From Candidatus Zixiibacteriota bacterium (GTDB lineage Bacteria; Zixibacteria; MSB-5A5; GN15; FEB-12), in NCBI GenBank assembly GCA_020344395.1, contig CP070824.1, positions 2,227,470 through 2,264,785 of the forward strand: a stretch of 37,316 nt of DNA. Reading direction: 5' to 3'. Under the pieces are notes generated by a model. That model searched no databases. It was not told the origin of the DNA and saw only the letters and a program-made list of their open reading frames with translations. Shown piece after piece: positions 35,164 to 37,316 of this stretch; position 1 is the stretch's first letter; the number at the start of each line of letters is the position of its first letter. Both the position numbers and the translations under genes were made by a program.

Positions 35164-36051
35164 CTAGTAGAAATCTATAGATAGCGACCTGAACCGATCG
35201 TCCAGGTCAATCTCGATTTTGCTCGGGGAATTTTCGTACCCATCATTGACGAAGTAGCCGTTCTGCTTTATCAGTCCGATCCGCCTGAGCAACCGGTCAT
35301 GATCACTTCCTGACACCCGTAAACCGGCGTCACGAGGAACCCTCAGACGCACCTTTGTGTCTTCTCCTCTGAGATCGACCTTGACCTGTGGGAGCAGGTC
35401 GCCCAGCTTCAAATAGACCACGGCATCATCTGCATCCAAAGACAATTCGCGAAGCGGAGTAGTTGAGAGATTTAGATGGATGTCCGAGCGATCCCCGTGG
35501 CATTCCAGGTACAGCGGGATCTGGTCACAGAACGCAATTTTCCAGTCATCCGGTTCATCCCGATCAATCGTCACGAATTTGCCCAGCGGCGACCAGGAGG
35601 TGCGCTTAAGTACAACCTCCACAGCGTTATCGGTATAAGAATAGTCGATCACCGGCTTGCGCGTCCACTCGCGGAAGCGTCCATAGATCAACTTATCAGT
35701 GGCATCACGAACCGTCAGGTCGCTGCTGCCGAGCCTCACTTCGGCGGTCATTTTCTGAATGGAAGGGTCATATTCCTCCGATATCGTCGTCGTGCTGAAA
35801 TAGTCGCCCCCGCTCCAACTGATGGCAAAGTAGACCATCACGGCCGCAAACGCGACTGTCGAAAGATACGAAAGGAACTCCAGGCGGGTGCCGGTAAACA
35901 TCTTCTCAATGCCGATGGCAATCAAAAAGAACGCAAGGTATACCACCGTGTCGACGAGGAACTCGATCTCAATCTCCCCGAAGTTATGCAGCAAAAACAG
36001 AATGCCAATCAGAATCAACAGCATGCCCCATCTGAACCTTGCGGGTGTCAT
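35164..36051 (-). CDS. LiaF/LiaI-like (DUF5668) membrane protein with C-terminal toast-rack-like beta domain
   Basis: WGMLLILIGILFLLHNFG...LIAIGIEKMF TM block; beta-repeat C-terminus (IHLNLS..LRELSLDA..VYLKLG..VRLRVP); ATGA-coupled to pspC. Confidence 0.72.
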   Translation of the reverse strand: MTPARFRWGMLLILIGILFLLHNFGEIEIEFLVDTVVYLAFFLIAIGIEKMFTGTRLEFLSYLSTVAFAAVMVYFAISWSGGDYFSTTTISEEYDPSIQKMTAEVRLGSSDLTVRDATDKLIYGRFREWTRKPVIDYSYTDNAVEVVLKRTSWSPLGKFVTIDRDEPDDWKIAFCDQIPLYLECHGDRSDIHLNLSTTPLRELSLDADDAVVYLKLGDLLPQVKVDLRGEDTKVRLRVPRDAGLRVSGSDHDRLLRRIGLIKQNGYFVNDGYENSPSKIEIDLDDRFRSLSIDFY

Positions 36052-36506
36052 ACGTTCCCTCCGTCATTCTTGCCATTAGGTTGGTTCTCGTTGATCGCAC
36101 CATTCACTGACCCCGGCGACTCGCCTGCCTTTGATTTTCCCCTTCCAAAGAACAACAACGCCAGGCCCGCGAGAATCAGGAAGCCTGGCCACAACTCCTC
36201 GAAGTCAAACCAGAACCAGAACTCACGTGCCATCAGCACGACACCGATCAAAATCAGGATAACCCCTGGAATATATTTGTGCCATGAGGAATAATGGTAC
36301 TGAACCTCCGCGACCTGACCTTCCGGGCGCCTGGGCATGGCAATCCAGGCCACGATGTACGCCAGCAGCCCGCCCAGCCAGGCAAAGCACAGTATGACCA
36401 GGATGATCCGGACCAGCACCGGGTCAATCTCGAAGTATTCGCCCAGACCGCCGCAAACGCCCGCTATCACCTTGTTGCTGTCTGAAAGGTACAACCTCTT
36501 TTCCAT
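36048..36506 (-). CDS. pspC: PspC domain protein fused to a LiaI/LiaF-like TM domain
   Basis: KRLYLSDSNKVIAGVCGGLGEYFEIDPVLVRI...AYIVAWIAMP; GVILILIG...LWP..LILAGL. Confidence 0.85.
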   Translation of the reverse strand: MEKRLYLSDSNKVIAGVCGGLGEYFEIDPVLVRIILVILCFAWLGGLLAYIVAWIAMPRRPEGQVAEVQYHYSSWHKYIPGVILILIGVVLMAREFWFWFDFEELWPGFLILAGLALLFFGRGKSKAGESPGSVNGAINENQPNGKNDGGNV

Positions 36507-36573
36507 GCTTACACCTCGATCCTTGTCGTCCCTCGACGCGGCCCGGGCGGGTCAACCGCCTACCCGGTTAGCC

Positions 36574-36601
36574 TATACGTGCACTAGTCCTTAAAGTTAC
36601 C
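36574..36601 (-). promoter_or_regulatory. Putative ECF sigma (SigW/RpoE-like) promoter of the pspC operon
   Basis: GGTAAC-N16-CGTATA fits the AAC-N16-CGT ECF pattern, upstream of envelope-stress genes. Confidence 0.6.
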
Positions 36602-37316
36602 TGAATCGCGGCTCTCGCTTCGGCCAAGTCGTTGCAGGCAACTGCGGGCCATCTCGCGGTTGGGCGAACTTGCATTTTCCGAGATTCCTCTTACGATATC
36701 CAAGGCCTGCCTTACCTCTATCGAATCCGAACTCCGTCGAGCAATCTCACAGCAGGCCGTTAGCAGGTTGAGTTCGGATAGGACCAGCGAGTCGTGCACC
36801 TTTCGAGTCGAGTCTATTAGAGTTAGCTCGCGGAGTGCCTTGACTTCGACTCGGGGTCGGAGAAGGGCCAGTGCCGAATCTCTCATATCTCGCCAGAACC
36901 CGAGCGTCTGGCCTGAGTCATTAGCTTGATGCTCAAACAGTTCTACACCACTCGCAGGACTGAACGCGTCAGTGGCACTGGTTTCCTTTTTCCTGACAGG
37001 AACTTGGCGGTCTATCCCTAACTCAACCGTTTCTGCCGTAATAGACCGCTGTGGCTCGTCAATAGTTGCATCGGTACGATCACCTGCACCGATCTCCGAT
37101 GGAGCGGGCTCAGGCACTGGCTTACGCTGCGGGCGATAGTTTGGATCCTGAGTCTCTTCCTGTAGATCCGGCAGTTCCGGGCTCGGCTTCGCTGCCTCGA
37201 ATTCACCGGATCTATCAGCATCTACAGCCTCGCCCTTTTTGTCTCTCCGGGGCGCGGTTTCAAGCGCAGCTTTGCCCACTGCCCTACCATCGGTATCTGC
37301 CGGAACTGGAGAACTC
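36584..37316 (-). CDS. Hypothetical protein, 5'-truncated by the window edge (possibly an anti-sigma factor C-terminus)
   Basis: Frame stays open to the window end; Pro/Glu-rich linker then a helical C-terminus; function only inferred from ECF/pspC context. Confidence 0.55.
   Translation of the reverse strand, partial: SSPVPADTDGRAVGKAALETAPRRDKKGEAVDADRSGEFEAAKPSPELPDLQEETQDPNYRPQRKPVPEPAPSEIGAGDRTDATIDEPQRSITAETVELGIDRQVPVRKKETSATDAFSPASGVELFEHQANDSGQTLGFWRDMRDSALALLRPRVEVKALRELTLIDSTRKVHDSLVLSELNLLTACCEIARRSSDSIEVRQALDIVRGISENASSPNREMARSCLQRLGRSESRDSGNFKD

Overview
Bacterial chromosomal window in which every supported gene lies on the minus strand. Two secreted proteins end in a Cys-flanked dockerin-like domain, which suggests candidate phylum Zixibacteria (inference only). 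Read in transcription order (right to left), it holds: a partial ORF, a pspC/liaF-type envelope-stress pair behind an ECF-like promoter, cmk-plsC-rpsA, a large beta-helix/TSP3/dockerin surface protein, mtaB, and a ~25 kb flagellar cluster. The cluster runs motE-like, fliK, flgD, TIGR02530, flgE, flbD, fliLMNOPQ, fliR, flhBAFG and fliA, and has no motAB. It continues into an unusual signalling tail: two small hypotheticals, an enlarged DUF2225 protein, three tandem PilZ proteins, a secreted protein, a GAF-DHp protein without an ATPase domain, a stand-alone chemoreceptor-tip-like protein, two single-domain receivers and fapA. tRNA-Ser(GGA) and an FN3-dockerin gene close the window. Sigma54-, sigma28-, sigma70- and ECF-type promoters are readable by eye. 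Most notable are the post-fliA signalling module, co-degeneration of the FlhF GTPase and FlhG activator motifs, a shared candidate enhancer upstream of both sigma54 promoters, and a structured flgE leader next to TIGR02530. All assignments come from motif recognition; no searches were run.
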